Assembly (NCBI RefSeq): GCF_009914755.1
Contig: NC_060940.1
DNA: 64,000 bases
Origin: the human T2T-CHM13v2.0 reference genome, Homo sapiens
Strand: one strand, 5' to 3'
Shown here: positions 29,328 through 42,600 of the stretch, piece by piece
How the letters are laid out: each line of letters starts with the position of its first letter
How positions within the stretch are numbered: the stretch's first letter is position 1
Translations under genes and position numbers: made by a program
The notes under the pieces: model-generated
The model's database searches: none
The model's input: the letters and a program-made list of their open reading frames with translations, nothing else
Told to the model about the DNA's origin: nothing

Positions 29328-29850
29328 ACTCTGCCCATGGTTACTGCTACTCTAAGCAGGCCCTTGGAGTCCAAAGAGAAAGTGTCTATAGCTTCACTGT
29401 TCCATTTTTATCTGTTTAGGAAATATTGATGTTATTAACCACACTTTTAACTGTCAGCATCTTGATATATTCTGGATATTTGCTAGGGTTCCCACTACTT
29501 AGTTGGTGCTATATGTGTGTGTGTGTGTATACATACACATATACATTTTAGATGGAGATGGGATATATATGTGTGTGTGCGTATGTATATATAAAGTTAA
29601 AAAAGAAGCTGGCTATTATCTGTTAAGATTGTCCAAGAGTGTGTATCTAAAGGATTTTCTTTCTGTTCTCTGCAGATATTACCTGAGCAGTGTCCCCTAA
29701 AATTGCTAGCACCTGGTGACCTGCCCCGCAGCTCCCCTCCAGTTTCCCTGCCTTTGCTTCATATAGAGGGATTTCTGTGCAGAAAACGCTCGTGGAGTCT
29801 GCCGTCTCTTAGTCTCTTAACTTTTATCGTCGGTTGCTAAATTAGCTAAT

Positions 29851-29911
29851 GATTAATTAGTTAATGTTTTCAAAGCACTTTGAAGATGAAAAGCACCGCT
29901 AAGTGCTAAGT
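29851..29911 (+). mobile_element. Probable ancient amniote SINE 3' tail (MIR1_Amn-like)
   Basis: GATTAATTAGTTAATGTTTTCAAAGCACTTTGAAGATGAAAAGCAC...TAAGTGCTAAGT closely follows my recollection of the MIR1_Amn 3' end. Confidence 0.55.
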
Positions 29912-31227
29912 GTAAAACGGCATTAGTAATTCCACTCGGCAAAGACTAATTAGCTTTTAAAAAAATGTTCCCCCCAAACTGATCAATAATGTTTCTGGTA
30001 TTACAGTAGGACTGTTTGTCCCACAGATCAGTAAGACCCACCTCACGTTTTAAGGCTTTTATGCCCCGAGACACGCAGAAATCCCGACTGAGGTTTATTG
30101 CTTGGTAACCTCTTGGCTTTCAGTGTGGCTGGAGTTGGACTAGTGATGTCATCTATACAAAATGCAGCATTTTTGCTGTCAAAAAAGCTTTAAAGGATTA
30201 TTTAACAAAGCTAAAAGTAAAGAACTAAACTCTAGGAAAGTGGTACAGAAACATGATCAGTGAACTTATATTTAAGAAGAATTAAGCTTTTAAAGTTTTT
30301 TTTTTCCCATCTCTAAAAAGCTCTTTAACCGCGGTTCTCCAGGTGGCCTCTGAATTTATTGTGAGATTTCACTTTGATGGCTCTGAGTCCTCATGGGGAC
30401 TATTATGTCAATAATTTCTACAGCAACATTTTATTCCAGGTACAGAAATGACTTAGAAGATAGAGCCAGGGTCTGGAAATTCCAGGATCCTACTTTAAAT
30501 TACCCACATCAACCACGATTGAATGAAAAAAGATAGCTTTCACCCATTTTCCCCTTTCCAGCCAGATTCTTAATGGACAGACCTTTTTTTTAAGCTTCTT
30601 GGGTGCCAAGTGTCCCGAAACAACTACTCAAAAAAAGTTCAGCATTTTGTTTATTCCATCCACTTTCAAAGACTTAAATAATGTAAAGTTAATGGGAATC
30701 ATGAAGCCAAAACAGGCAACTTTGCAAGAGGAAGCTTGTGGGTCATTTGTTCCCTTGATGCAAACATACTTGTCCCTGCTGTCTACCAGTGGGCCTTGGT
30801 TATAAACACTGGGGATTTGGGTTTTTTTGAAATGCCTGAGATTATTATTTTTAGTCAAGCTTTTTAAAAAAAAAAATAGTCTTTCACATCAAAAAAAAAA
30901 CTACATGATTTCTATTAGCTTAAGGCTGGGATATTTGTGGTTTTTTGGTTGTTGTTTTTCTTTTTTTAAGGTGGGCAATTTCAGAATGACATTAAGATGC
31001 TGACTTTTTAGAACATCAAGAAAACATTATTAATATGTCATTCAAAATATGCAGTATTAACACATGAAACTCTACATACATAACAAACTGCAGAAACAAC
31101 TCAGCTTAGAAAATACAAAGTTCAGCTAAACAAAAGGAATTTGACGTCTGGCAGCCTATGTTCTCTGTGTATTCTGTTACTCCAGGAATGAGTTTAGCTG
31201 GTGCATAAACACAGTAGCACATAAGCC

Positions 31228-31259
<32 letters not shown>

Positions 31260-31262
31260 ATA
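31228..31262. repeat. (TA)n(TG)n microsatellite
   Basis: Read directly. Confidence 0.9.
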
Positions 31263-34200
31263 TGAATATGTATTTATAATGTGGACATGATATATACATA
31301 CAATCACACACACGCACAATGCAACCACATCAATCAGTTGCTACAGACAACAATGACATGTGCACACATTCTCAGAACTTAAGGTTTGCTACCAACCTCA
31401 GTATCAGCCTTTCTTCCGTGTACAAAAATACATCTGCCAGAAAGGCGCGGTAAAAATCACCTGAAAACAAACAGACATGTTTTGGAAAAGTGTGGCCAGC
31501 TACTAGATGATTCCTTAGGGATTTCCTAAGTGAATATTTTTATAAAAAAGACACCTAAAATATGAAATAATTTGCACATAGCTATAACCCAGCCCCTGTG
31601 AGAACTAAAGATAAGCAAAGGTTAGAAGGATGAGGTGGTCAAGTCAAGGGTGCCTCTTACTGCCAAGGTCTCCATAAGTGAGTAGGACACAAAATATAGG
31701 AAAAGAGAAGGGGAGAAACTTGGAGAAAGCTACAATTTTGATCAGAAGGAGAAGTTACTTTGGAAATTTCAAGGATTATTTGAGATTCTTATCTAAATCA
31801 AGTTCCCTTCTTTTTCTTATAATTGAACAAGTGTTAAACTGTACCAGGCTGTCACAGCTGTCCCAATACGTGAACCACACATAGAGTAACAGCTTTCGTT
31901 ACACATTTTTGTGAAGTAGTTTCCAGCACACTGTGATCAGAGCTTGCATATTTTTATACTACTCGCATATTGAAAATAAACCCAACATTTTAGATTATTT
32001 TTCTCATCGTGTATCAGGCCTGTATGGTTTCTGGAAGACAAAGGGGCAATTATGATTTTGTACCTACTGATCTGAATACAACACCTTGTTTTATTTTTGT
32101 ATATTATGCTCAGTGTTTTGGTTAAAAAAAAAATTGGTTATGTGGGCCAATAAAGAAGTCCTGAAAAACTGTAGCTTAACCAAATTATTATCCATGGACT
32201 AAATGCTAATGCAATTTTTTCCACTTTCAGGATATCTTTAAGACAACATATCAAATACCCAAATCTTACAGGAGTGTGGAGGCCATGCCATATGACTTGG
32301 TTGGAGCTGTTAACAAAAGAAACATGGAAAAATCATGCAGTTTAGACTTTTAATTAAATTGTTTGTTTTGGATTCAAAAGCACTTTGTTCATTCAGCCCT
32401 GAGTACCAGTGGTGTTTCCAACCACAGATGACTATTCCCGAAATGACCACGGTTGACAGCTTCAGTGGTGGCTTTCAGAGTCTTTATTCGCAAAACACAG
32501 ACATTCCGAAATGCCTTTATTTAAACTGTAATAAATAGACTATGCTTCAGAAACACTCTACAAAGAATAAGAATCTTTCTGCCTAAGTAAAAATGACCCT
32601 GTTTATCTGAATAGTTTTTGAATTAAATATCCACATGCTATTGTTTCAGAAACAATAAAAGTAATGATAGTCATCTATTGTTTATTGTCCTCTTCCCAGA
32701 ATTAGAACTTAATTAGCTGCAAATGCCTTATCTTTTCCAAATCAGCATAATACACATTACCTAAATGTTGCCTCCTGTTGTTCAAGCCCTCTAACTTGGT
32801 AGATTCAAAATTAGCCAGTTATAGCAATGCTTTTCGCTTTAAATTTTAATAATAAACAGAGACATCCCCTTTCTTTCCCCCCACCCAGACCCTCCCTCTT
32901 TTCTGAAAACTGAAGTCTGCTGCTGAAAGGATTGAAAATCTGGAAAGAGTTTGGGGTGGACTGGCCAACCCCCTTTCATTTCCTTCAGATGTTTACAATC
33001 TAGCACCTTTCTGAAGACAAAGATGGGAAAAAAACCTATTTTTCCCTTTGACTGAAGGGTGAGACAGGGGGGTATTAAAAACTGATCAATGTAATTTTTT
33101 TCTCAGAAGTATTTGCACATCTGTGAAATAATGTAATTTATTTTTAAAAAACTTTTTATATGACATTCATGATTATAGCCCGATCTGGAGAATTATTCAA
33201 ATATAAAATTAAATGTTCAAAAACTAGCTGCGCTGTGGATGGCTGAGCTTATCCCAGCTGTGCATTATACTTATATAATTCTATTAGAAGTATCAAAATG
33301 AGCCTTTCTAGATCTCACTGAATCTCTGAAAAGGGGAAGTGGTGTTTTCTAAGAAAGTGTGATGATCTACTTCTTTTTGTTTGTTTCATTTTTCCGTGGA
33401 TCAGCCTCCAGGGGTCTAAAGATGCTCCCACCAAACTGTTCAAAAACAGTAACAAAAAAAGGTGATGGGAGAAGGGCTACTGAATAATAATAAAAGCATT
33501 CCGTAAAGTAGATTGTATTTTATTATCACAGGGTTTGGGAAAATCTGTGACTTAAAAGGAGGTTACAAACCTTAAAAGTAAATTCTGCTGTTTCAGTGAA
33601 ATTGCTGGAGATATAATATGAGCCATCTGTAATTTCCCCTTCACTGCCCTGTTAAACACTGCAAGTCACTTTCACTCCCAGACCCTGATGCACCCACGCC
33701 CATCAAAAAGCAGTAAGTACCCCCCTGACTGAGGGAAATTTGCCCTCCAAATGTACAGTTTATAAACAAACTTTCCCTGACCAAATGTTAGAGCGAAGTT
33801 TTCCTTTCCATCCATATGCCTGTATACTGTCACCTCTGAATACATCTGCCTATAGGGAGGAATTCAATGTAATATTCATCAAATTCAAATTAATCCTGAA
33901 CCTTACACAATCCATTCAAGGTAACAAATCGTCAATGACTTTTAAAATAATTGGAGCCCAGAAAATAAAAGACTATTAAATCTGTTTGAAGTTACAGATT
34001 GAAACCTACACCTCAAATTCTGTTACTTCCTTTTTTAAAAAATAAAATGCATTTCTAAAGCATTTACTATAAATTAAATATTTAAAAATAAACCAGAATT
34101 CGTTTATGGATTAATATTATCAAATTTTAAGAGGGAAAAAAAAACACCATTCCCATTATTTGAGGACACAAATTAACAGTCAGATAACCTCAAAAAAGCT

Positions 34201-37200
34201 TACATTTGAAAGAAAGGGATCTGCAGTTACCGTTTTTAAACACAGGAGCAAAATAAGGGCGAAGATATTTCTGCTGCCTAAGACAGACGGACTTTAATAA
34301 CACTTAACAGAATGACGCACATAATAATCTCAGAAAGCACTTCTTATGCCTCATCCATCATGCCGAGGAGAAAATGAAGCCTTCGACAGCATTAGGAATT
34401 ATTCTAGATCTTGTCAGTAATTCGCAGCTCCTCTGTAGTATCACAACACAAATGTGCGTGTGAGCGACACTGACCATTAATCTAGAGAGTTTTTTCGCCT
34501 CACAACAGCGTGAGGAGAATGTATCAATTGTTTTGTGGAGAAATGGCACATGCAAAGCCACACAAAATAAAACAAGGAAAATCAGGGAGATGTATGGGGA
34601 GATAAACAAACAGTGTATTAAGAAATAAACATGTTTTCTATCACTGTGAAAGAAATCAACACAGTATCCTTAGCAACTGGGTTAGGTGAATTGGGAACTA
34701 TAAATGTCCTAGCTGAAGGACCAGTCTGTCACTGATTAAAAGTTTCTATAAAGTTGCAACATACTGTCCACATCCTTAAGTAATAAGCCCTTAGGTGATG
34801 AGAAAATGAAGGGTTTCCGCTGCTCTCTGGAAGAGGAATGCAAAAAGATCCACCTTCTGCCTTCAGTCAAAAATCCATATGGTCACCTGAGTTGTTTGTT
34901 TCACTCACTGTAAAGTTCTCCTTTCAAAAAATTGGGATTGGGCGATGGTAAGGATTAATAAAATTGGGAGATGCTAGGATTAATATATGCTAAGGATTAT
35001 AAAATAAATTAACAAAATATCACCTTATTCACAGAGATCTCTAGCTGTGACAGCGTGTTGGCGGCAAAGCAAATTTGAACTCCCAGGCCTCGAGATAAAA
35101 CAAACGAGAGATTTTGGCAGGATCTTCCTCAAAATGAACTCTAGTCTTAATAGTATGGTGACCATTCTAAAATGGCCTGTGCTCCAAAGAAAAAGGTTTA
35201 TAAATATTTGCAAAACAAACTCTTAAAACATTCCTCTGAGTCTACTCCAAATCGATTTCTATACATGTTCTATAAAGATGAAAGCTAACTGGATGTCTGG
35301 TTTATGATAGATTAAAATGGTTTAACTTCCAAAATGATGTACTCCACACAGATGTGTTTCTGTGAAGTTCTGTGAACTACACCACGGCAACAACAAAAAA
35401 AAGCAGGCTCTTGTCAGATGGAATGAAGTGAATGCTTCTTTAGAGTAGATGAATTGGATTTGGGGCCAGGAAGAAACCAAAAAATTAAAAAAAAATACAC
35501 AGGTGAGAAAAGGTAAACACAAACTAATAAATAGTAATAATAATTTTAAAGTTTTCTAAAGTAACACACACACTTTTTTTTGTTAATAAAGTATGTTGGG
35601 TAACTTAAAACAGCCCAAAATCACTTAGAAATTCGTGTTCAATGCACCCAGAGTTCTATCTCATTTTCAACACTTAAAATCTGAATTTTTTTTAAAAAAA
35701 CAAACTTTTCCACCTCTTTGGAATGATGAGCAAATTTCAAGAGAAGATATAAGTGCTAAGTCCTCATCTTAGGTTGGACTATTTGACCCACTCCCAGCTG
35801 GGAGGAACGGTTTATTATTCACAAGTAACAAACTCAGCAGCAAGATAAAAACAGCTCCCAGGAAGTGGATGCAACGGGGCCCCTCCTTTCCATCTGCATC
35901 AGCCCACCTCCGTCTTCCTCTCCCTACCGCAAGCTATAAAGCTCAAATGTCTCTAGGAGCATCACCGAGGCCTGGCAATGGACAGGTATTTGTACTGAAT
36001 AATGCTCACGTCAGGAATGAGTAAAACTAGGTTAGAAGTTGAGGTTTTCACAAAATAATGAAGAAGAAATGTCATGCTAGCAGCGGTAACGGCATAAATT
36101 GTGCTCATTCATTCATTATCCTTTTTCCCTCCCCTTCCCCCCACGGAAACATAATTTTTATTTTTCAGATCTACATGCTTGCGAGGGAATACGGCTTTTG
36201 CCATAGTTGTTGCTCTCTCGAAGCCCAAGATGAGAGACAAAGATGATTTGTAAAGATTAAAAAAATAGTAATAATAATAAAGATGGGAGTGGCAACACAT
36301 TTCTTCTAGATTTCAATTCAAGGAGAAAAGGTAAATAGGATTTCCCAAACAAAATTACCTGGAGCTTTAACTTTTACTTTATCTAATTGAACTACAGAGA
36401 AAATATCAGCTAAAAATGTCACCTGCTCCACAGTAAATACACTGCTCCTAGTTCAGGAACTGGAGGAGGGAAAAGAAAAATGTTTACATTTCAATTGTTC
36501 AGATGCCGATTCTGAAAACGATAACAAAAGAATACTCAAGAAGATACTTCTGTGGGCAGCTTTCCGGGTGGATGTCTGGGCTGGCGGCTGTGATGTGGGG
36601 GCTAAGTGTAAGCAGAAACAATTCAGAGAGGCTGGGGTCCACCTTGGAGGTCTAGTTAAGGTGCAGACAGATTTCAGGCTAAAAAAAAACCGGGAAGGAT
36701 CCCTGTTCCCCCAACGCCCGCCCCCTACCACCCCCCCAAAAAATCCTGTAAACCTCTGCTGTCTGGTAGCAAGCCCGCATACTCTCCAGTGCTGAGATAA
36801 AGACCCAATCTGCTCATCAAACACCTCCAGGCTCCACCATCTAATAGAAACAAATTGGCAATGACTGCCCAAGCTAGTAACACAGGCCCACTGATTTGTA
36901 GATTGATACGGATGCCTAATGATCCCCTTGGGCAGATCAATAGTAACAATCCTCATCCCTGCCTTTCTTCTTTATTGGCATAGAAGACTAAGGCAAGGAG
37001 AAAGCCGGTCTTAGAAGAGGCCACAGTGCTACCTGGGGACAGATGGGAATAAGGACACAGGTGCGGCTGTGCAGGAAGGAAGCTGCGCCAGACCCGCGCT
37101 CCAGAACTTTCCACTGACTGTCTCGATTCATTCCATGTTTTTGGCAGGCAAAGGGTGTAAGAATGGGACACGATATGCTTTTCTATTAATAGTATCCGTG

Positions 37201-38479
37201 CACAGTGTTCAGTGAGACCCAGGCTAGAGTCAGCACAGCTGCCTTCATCTGGGAAGGGGAAGAGAAGTGATGCAAGCCCCAGTGCATCTCCCAGAGAATG
37301 AACTTGGTGGACAGAAAATGCCAACGATGTGATGACAGAGAATGGAAAAAGGCGAACAAACATGGGAAGTTGCATCTTAGGAAAACTTAGGGTGAAGTAC
37401 CTATGATCAAAGAGGGGCAATAATGAACCGCATTGTTTTAAGTATCATCCAAAGGAGGCAAGTGGATTCATGCGCTGTTGTTTGAACATGCTTAAAACAC
37501 CCACTGCCTACCGGACCCCAGTGTATGGGTTAATTCTCACACACAGGAGCTATTCTCTGTGCCCTCACCCTTCTCCTGAGTGCAGGTTTTCTTGAAGTTG
37601 ACAGCGGCTCACCCTTCTACTGACTCTTCTCCTTTCTGTAGGCCAATCCCATCCCCGCCCCCAGAGCCAGGGCTTATTTTCCATTTGTGTATTATTCTTG
37701 TGAATAAAATTATCCAATTAGGAAATCCATTTAAAGTCCTTAACAATAACAGGGAAAAACTAATGGAGTTGCTTTGGATTTTCTTTTTCAATAAATTAAT
37801 GTTAGTGATGTTCTGTGGATTCTTAAGTGCTCATTTATATCATCAGGGTTATTGCACACATAACAATTAGTCCTAAATTTCTATACTGATTTGTCTATAC
37901 TCTAGGAAGTCCATTCTCCCAAAGAAGTAGTAGACAAGACTCGGAGAAAACTTACTGGCAGGCAGAGCGAATTTGACTTCTAAAATAAATAAATCTATGA
38001 CATCTAAAAACCTTTGTACTTCGTTGTTAAATTTTTTCTTCTTGTAATTGTAAGAGTGTAAAAAAAAAACCAAAAAAAAAAACAACAAAAAAAAACCTCT
38101 CCCTTCTTCCCCTTTTACAACGACTCTGTGCACATTTGCAGGTGTTGCATACAAAATAGCCAAAAGGGGTAGGGGGCAGCGAATGTTCCATTTTTACTCC
38201 TGCATTCAGACCTGCAACTAGCCGCCTGAGAATTTGCTTTGTTCAGCAATCATTCTCGTTTGGTTTTGTTATTAAAGGGAGATAACACTGAATGTCAGAG
38301 ATGAAATTGCATTTTCTTTATTGTCAACGGTTGAAACCTTTGCCACCCAACCGATCTAGTGAAAGATTCGGTTTTTTAATTTTTTGTCATAATAAAAATA
38401 TTTTTAATCTGGTCCCTTCTTTTTCTCTTTTGCATACTCAAACACAGAACTGAAGCTACAATGAAAAGCCTTGGTATCC

Positions 38480-39240
38480 CAGCCCACTGCGTAATATCAC
38501 AAATTAGTCATCTTCTCTTTCCTGTACGTTACATCGTCCTATTTAAATAAAAGCAAACGTGGAGCCGTGTTAAATTTTGACAGTAAAGGGTTTGCACTGA
38601 TGGACCAAATAATCACGTGCGCTAGGGCTCCGGCACTGACCACTTAAAATTCAAATTTCACACTAACGATAAGTGTAATCATCGCAATCAGCATCACCAC
38701 CACCACCATCACCATCATCACAATAAAGAGATGCATTCTGTGAGCTGGTGACATCAATCAACTGTGTGGTGCAGATCAGAAGAGGCGCTCCCCTCTCCCT
38801 CTCTCACTCCGTCTGTCTTGCTGGCTTCCCCCTACCCCACCTCGCCGCTCCCCCCCTCCACCTCACCCCCGCTCAGAGAAGTGATCACATTTAATTCATT
38901 GCATCATTATGTCATCTCCATACTAATCTCTGCCCTCACACCTCTGCCACTTTGACATGCAAATGAGCTAGAAAAAAGCCACACATTAATATAAAAAAGT
39001 CACAGCAATCATGTCATGATTTCCTGCCTCCCAGCCCCACAGCATTCCCTCCAATCCCCACCTCTCCCCCCAGCTCTCTTTCCAGCACGCTGTGCTGGTG
39101 ATCACAAGAAACAACAGCAATCTGTTGAAGATCAGACGCTAAGACAGGGAGGTGGGGAGAAAGATACACACATACACGTGTCAGCAACGCGGCCCAGGCA
39201 GTCCTATTTGCATATTCACATGAGTTCCGTTCTCAGATTG
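38480..39240. promoter_or_regulatory. Candidate promoter-proximal cis-regulatory cluster
   Basis: Two perfect octamers (ATGCAAAT 38957-38964; ATTTGCAT 39206-39213), two CACGTG E-boxes (~38614 and 39175), TGACATCAATCA (MEIS/PBX-type, ~38749), and 10 CpGs in 38490-38685 within AT-rich sequence. Confidence 0.55.
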
Positions 39241-39478
39241 CTTAAGCAGGGAAGAAGTTAGGTAGCTCCCCCACCCTCCTACCCTCCCCGATCCATAAAG
39301 AAAACAGCTACTGAGAAGGAAGGAGAGGGAGAGAGAGGGGGAGAGAGGACATATGAATGTAAAGGGAAAGAGAGAGAATATGAAAAGGGAGGGGGCATGG
39401 AGAGAGAGAAAGACACACGCAGAAAGAGACAGAAGGAAGAAAAGAGAAGAAAAGAAAAGCTGTCCACATCTACCTTAC

Positions 39479-39564
39479 CTCAGCTAGCTTGCTTTCTGTT
39501 GCTCTTAAAAGGAATTCCCTGTGGTTCCTTTAGAATTTTTGAGAACCATCCTTCAGGGTTTTTA

Positions 39565-39604
<40 letters not shown>

Positions 39605-39610
39605 TCCTCC
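39479..39610 (-). other. Candidate non-coding first (5'UTR) exon of a minus-strand transcript
   Basis: Minus-strand donor GAG|GTAAGG at 39479/39478; minus-strand TATAAA at 39637-39632; (GA)17 in the putative exon; CT-rich putative intron start. The transcription start is inferred. Confidence 0.4.
39567..39600. repeat. (TC)17 microsatellite
   Basis: Read directly. Confidence 0.95.
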
Positions 39611-42600
39611 TCTTTCTGTGTTGTGACTGGGTTTATAAAAAAAATAAAAAAGACAACTCCATGTTAAGCTAGCAGTCAAGGAAGCATCATGAAGTCCAGG
39701 GCTACAGGGGGAGGGAAGAAAGGAGGAGGGTCACAGCTTAATGCTTTACAAAGGAGAACCTGGAGACTCTGTTTTAAAACATCCCTCTCACATACAATGA
39801 CTGACAAAGACAAAAATATATGTACTTATATGTATACACAGAGACATATGTATGTTTTCACCAGTAAGCCAGATGTCAAAAATGTTCAGATTGTGGTGCA
39901 AGCAAATGTAGAAAAATTATGAGTCCTTCTGAAAACCCCATTGCGGATCCACTTTGCTGCTCCCTGGTTGCAGAGGGGGCCAGGCAGCGAGCTAGGGGCT
40001 TTATTTGCTGAATCACATTTGTGGCAATACCTGGGTAATAAGGGACTGACTCGAGATGGGGTTCCAGCTACTGCAATGAATTTCCCAGCTTTGATCAGTT
40101 TTCACCAGTACTTTCGTGGTATTGAAAATGTGTGAACATGTCCACAAATTTTCTGGCTTTTTTTTTCTTGCAACAACTTAAAAAAAAAAAGGAAGAAAAA
40201 GAAAAATTGCAATTAAATATATATATATATGCAAGCTGATGTCACAAATAATAGCTCTTTCTACATATTCCTTACGAAGTACAGCTGGTATGGATTTAAA
40301 ACATAGAATGATTGGTGCAAAATACACCTTATTTTCTAGTGGCCTACTGTATAATATTATCCTAATTGACTTTATTAGCTCCGGTGAAATGTTACTGTCC
40401 CTCCAAGGAACCTGCCTTCGAAGACAAGCAAGATGCGGCAACACTGATGAACAGCAGCTGATTCAAAGAAATTAAGTGATGGTCTGTTAAGTGAAAGGAA
40501 TAAAAACATTTTCCAACTACAATGAATGGCATGGAGTTTAATTCCATTTCTCAACCTGTTCATTTCAACTAGCAAAGACACAAAGACATCTGATGGCCTA
40601 AGAAACTTTAACAGGAATATAATTCTAAAACCTGGCCAGAGGGATACATTTACAAATTGGTTTTGAATCCTAAACTTGAATAGTAGGAAGCATGTTTCAC
40701 TGTAAAAGAGGGAAGAAAAACATTTTTATGGTGAAGTCATAAGCTCCTTAATATTTATGTAAGTAGACATTAAATAACTAATATGGGCATTATAAAAAGC
40801 ACAGTAATTGTAAGAGGAATGTGAAAACAGGAATTACAGCATCTATATGTACCCTGCACAAAGACCTAAATGTGGTTCATTATTTAAATCACAGCACATA
40901 TCACATATGAGAGAACACTGTAATATATCTACAATTGACCTTGCAGGGAAAGGAAGAAAGGAAGGAAGGAGTTAAAAAGACGTTCGCCTTTACACCAATA
41001 AATAAAGAACTTGGGGGTCAGTTGCTGAGGGTGGGTTAAGGAAATGCCAAAATAAAAATTGTTTCTTTATTTGAAACAGAACTCTTGGCAGACACACATT
41101 AGAAAAATTAATTTCTCTGTGTCTCTCAGAGAAACTATGAGAAGAGAAATGTTTTGTATTCATGACCTGAATTCTGAGAGGAGGGAAAAAGGTAATTTTA
41201 AGAATCTGACCCTAGTGCATGAGTTATAGCTCAGTACCCAAAATTGATGAAAACTATCTATGACAAGACTCATCAATGAGTCCCTGAAATAAAGAGAAAG
41301 AGAAAATAACCAAAACATTAGACCCAGGAACATTATATTTCAATATTATCATAAGAATTAAATGTAATTCTTGAAGCGACTAGTCCCTGGGGTCACATAT
41401 TAGGCCTTTTCCCACTACCCCACCCCTGCCTTATTTTTTTTTTTTTAATAGAGGTCATCCAGGCTGAAAAGAAAAACCCAAATGAAAAGCATCTTCAGTG
41501 TGCTTATAACATGAGCTGCAAGGGGTCAGCCAGCGTCTTGTATGGCCTCATAAAAAATACATAACCAGACAGCCTAATAGTATTTCTTTGCATTCGTTTT
41601 TGGATGGAGAATGGGGGTTGGGGGCTGGGGAGGAGAAAGGGTTGATGTTGGTAGCTATGATGGGAAACAAACAAACAAAAAAAAAAACACAAAGACAGCA
41701 GAAAAAAATATATGTTTAAAAAGGGGATAGTTAGATCATCTTTTTCTTTTATGAAAACATATTAAGCACAATTCTAAACAGCGATTGATTTACACTATTC
41801 TATTGATTTACACAATTCAAAAATGTGATCAATCTCAATTTTTTAAGACAGGAAAAGGTATATCTACGGGTATCTCTCTGCCCTCCTATTTCTCTCGGCT
41901 AATCATGTGAACTGGAAGCTTAGCAATGCTGGGCCTCTCCCAGTTCATGTTTTTAGCAATGTAAACACTCACTCAAATACAGATGTATAAATGACACTTA
42001 TTTTGGATGATTTCTGAAACTGAAAAAAATAATAATAAAAAAGGGGAAATATTGCTAGGGCTTCTGCTTCCACTCAACACAGAGGATGCAGAGAGACATA
42101 TTACAGAGGGAGAAGATGGAGCAGCTAGGGAAAGAGAGAGAGAATGGGGAGAGAGAGGGAGAGAGGAGGAGAGACAGAATAACACAATTGGACAACAAAT
42201 AAAAATAAATAGCTCTAAATGCTGGGGAGATGCAAGAAGCACTAAATATATTCCTTCCCCTCCCCCTCACTTCTTTGCTCCCAAATATAGCCCAGAGATG
42301 AGTGACCCTGCTGGGAAAGATGGAGGCAGAGAGGTGACCCCGCGCTAACCAGCCTGTTAGAACTAATAAGGTGTTCTCCTAAGCCACTCCACTGACATTA
42401 GGGCAGTACCGAGATCACTCTCTTTGTTACTGCCTACCTCAGCTTGAAATTTACTACCCCATTACCTTATTAAAGAGACAGCTCTCATTCTCTAGATTTG
42501 GTGAAGATAAATAACTGCATTATTTTTATTTAAATGTTATGCTTGTACTCAGTAGTTCAGATATTAAAAACCTACGATTTACAACACAGTCACGTGAATA

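Noticed and set aside
36453-37420. Adjacent 167-aa and 155-aa minus-strand ORFs in unique DNA
   Set aside because: No ATG at the listed starts, no recognisable domain, and L/S/F-rich composition typical of chance ORFs.
38693-38721. (CAC/CAT)n tract that could encode poly-His as in transcription factors
   Set aside because: A stop codon follows immediately (CAC AAT AAA in one frame, CAA TAA in another) and there is no long ORF or exon context.
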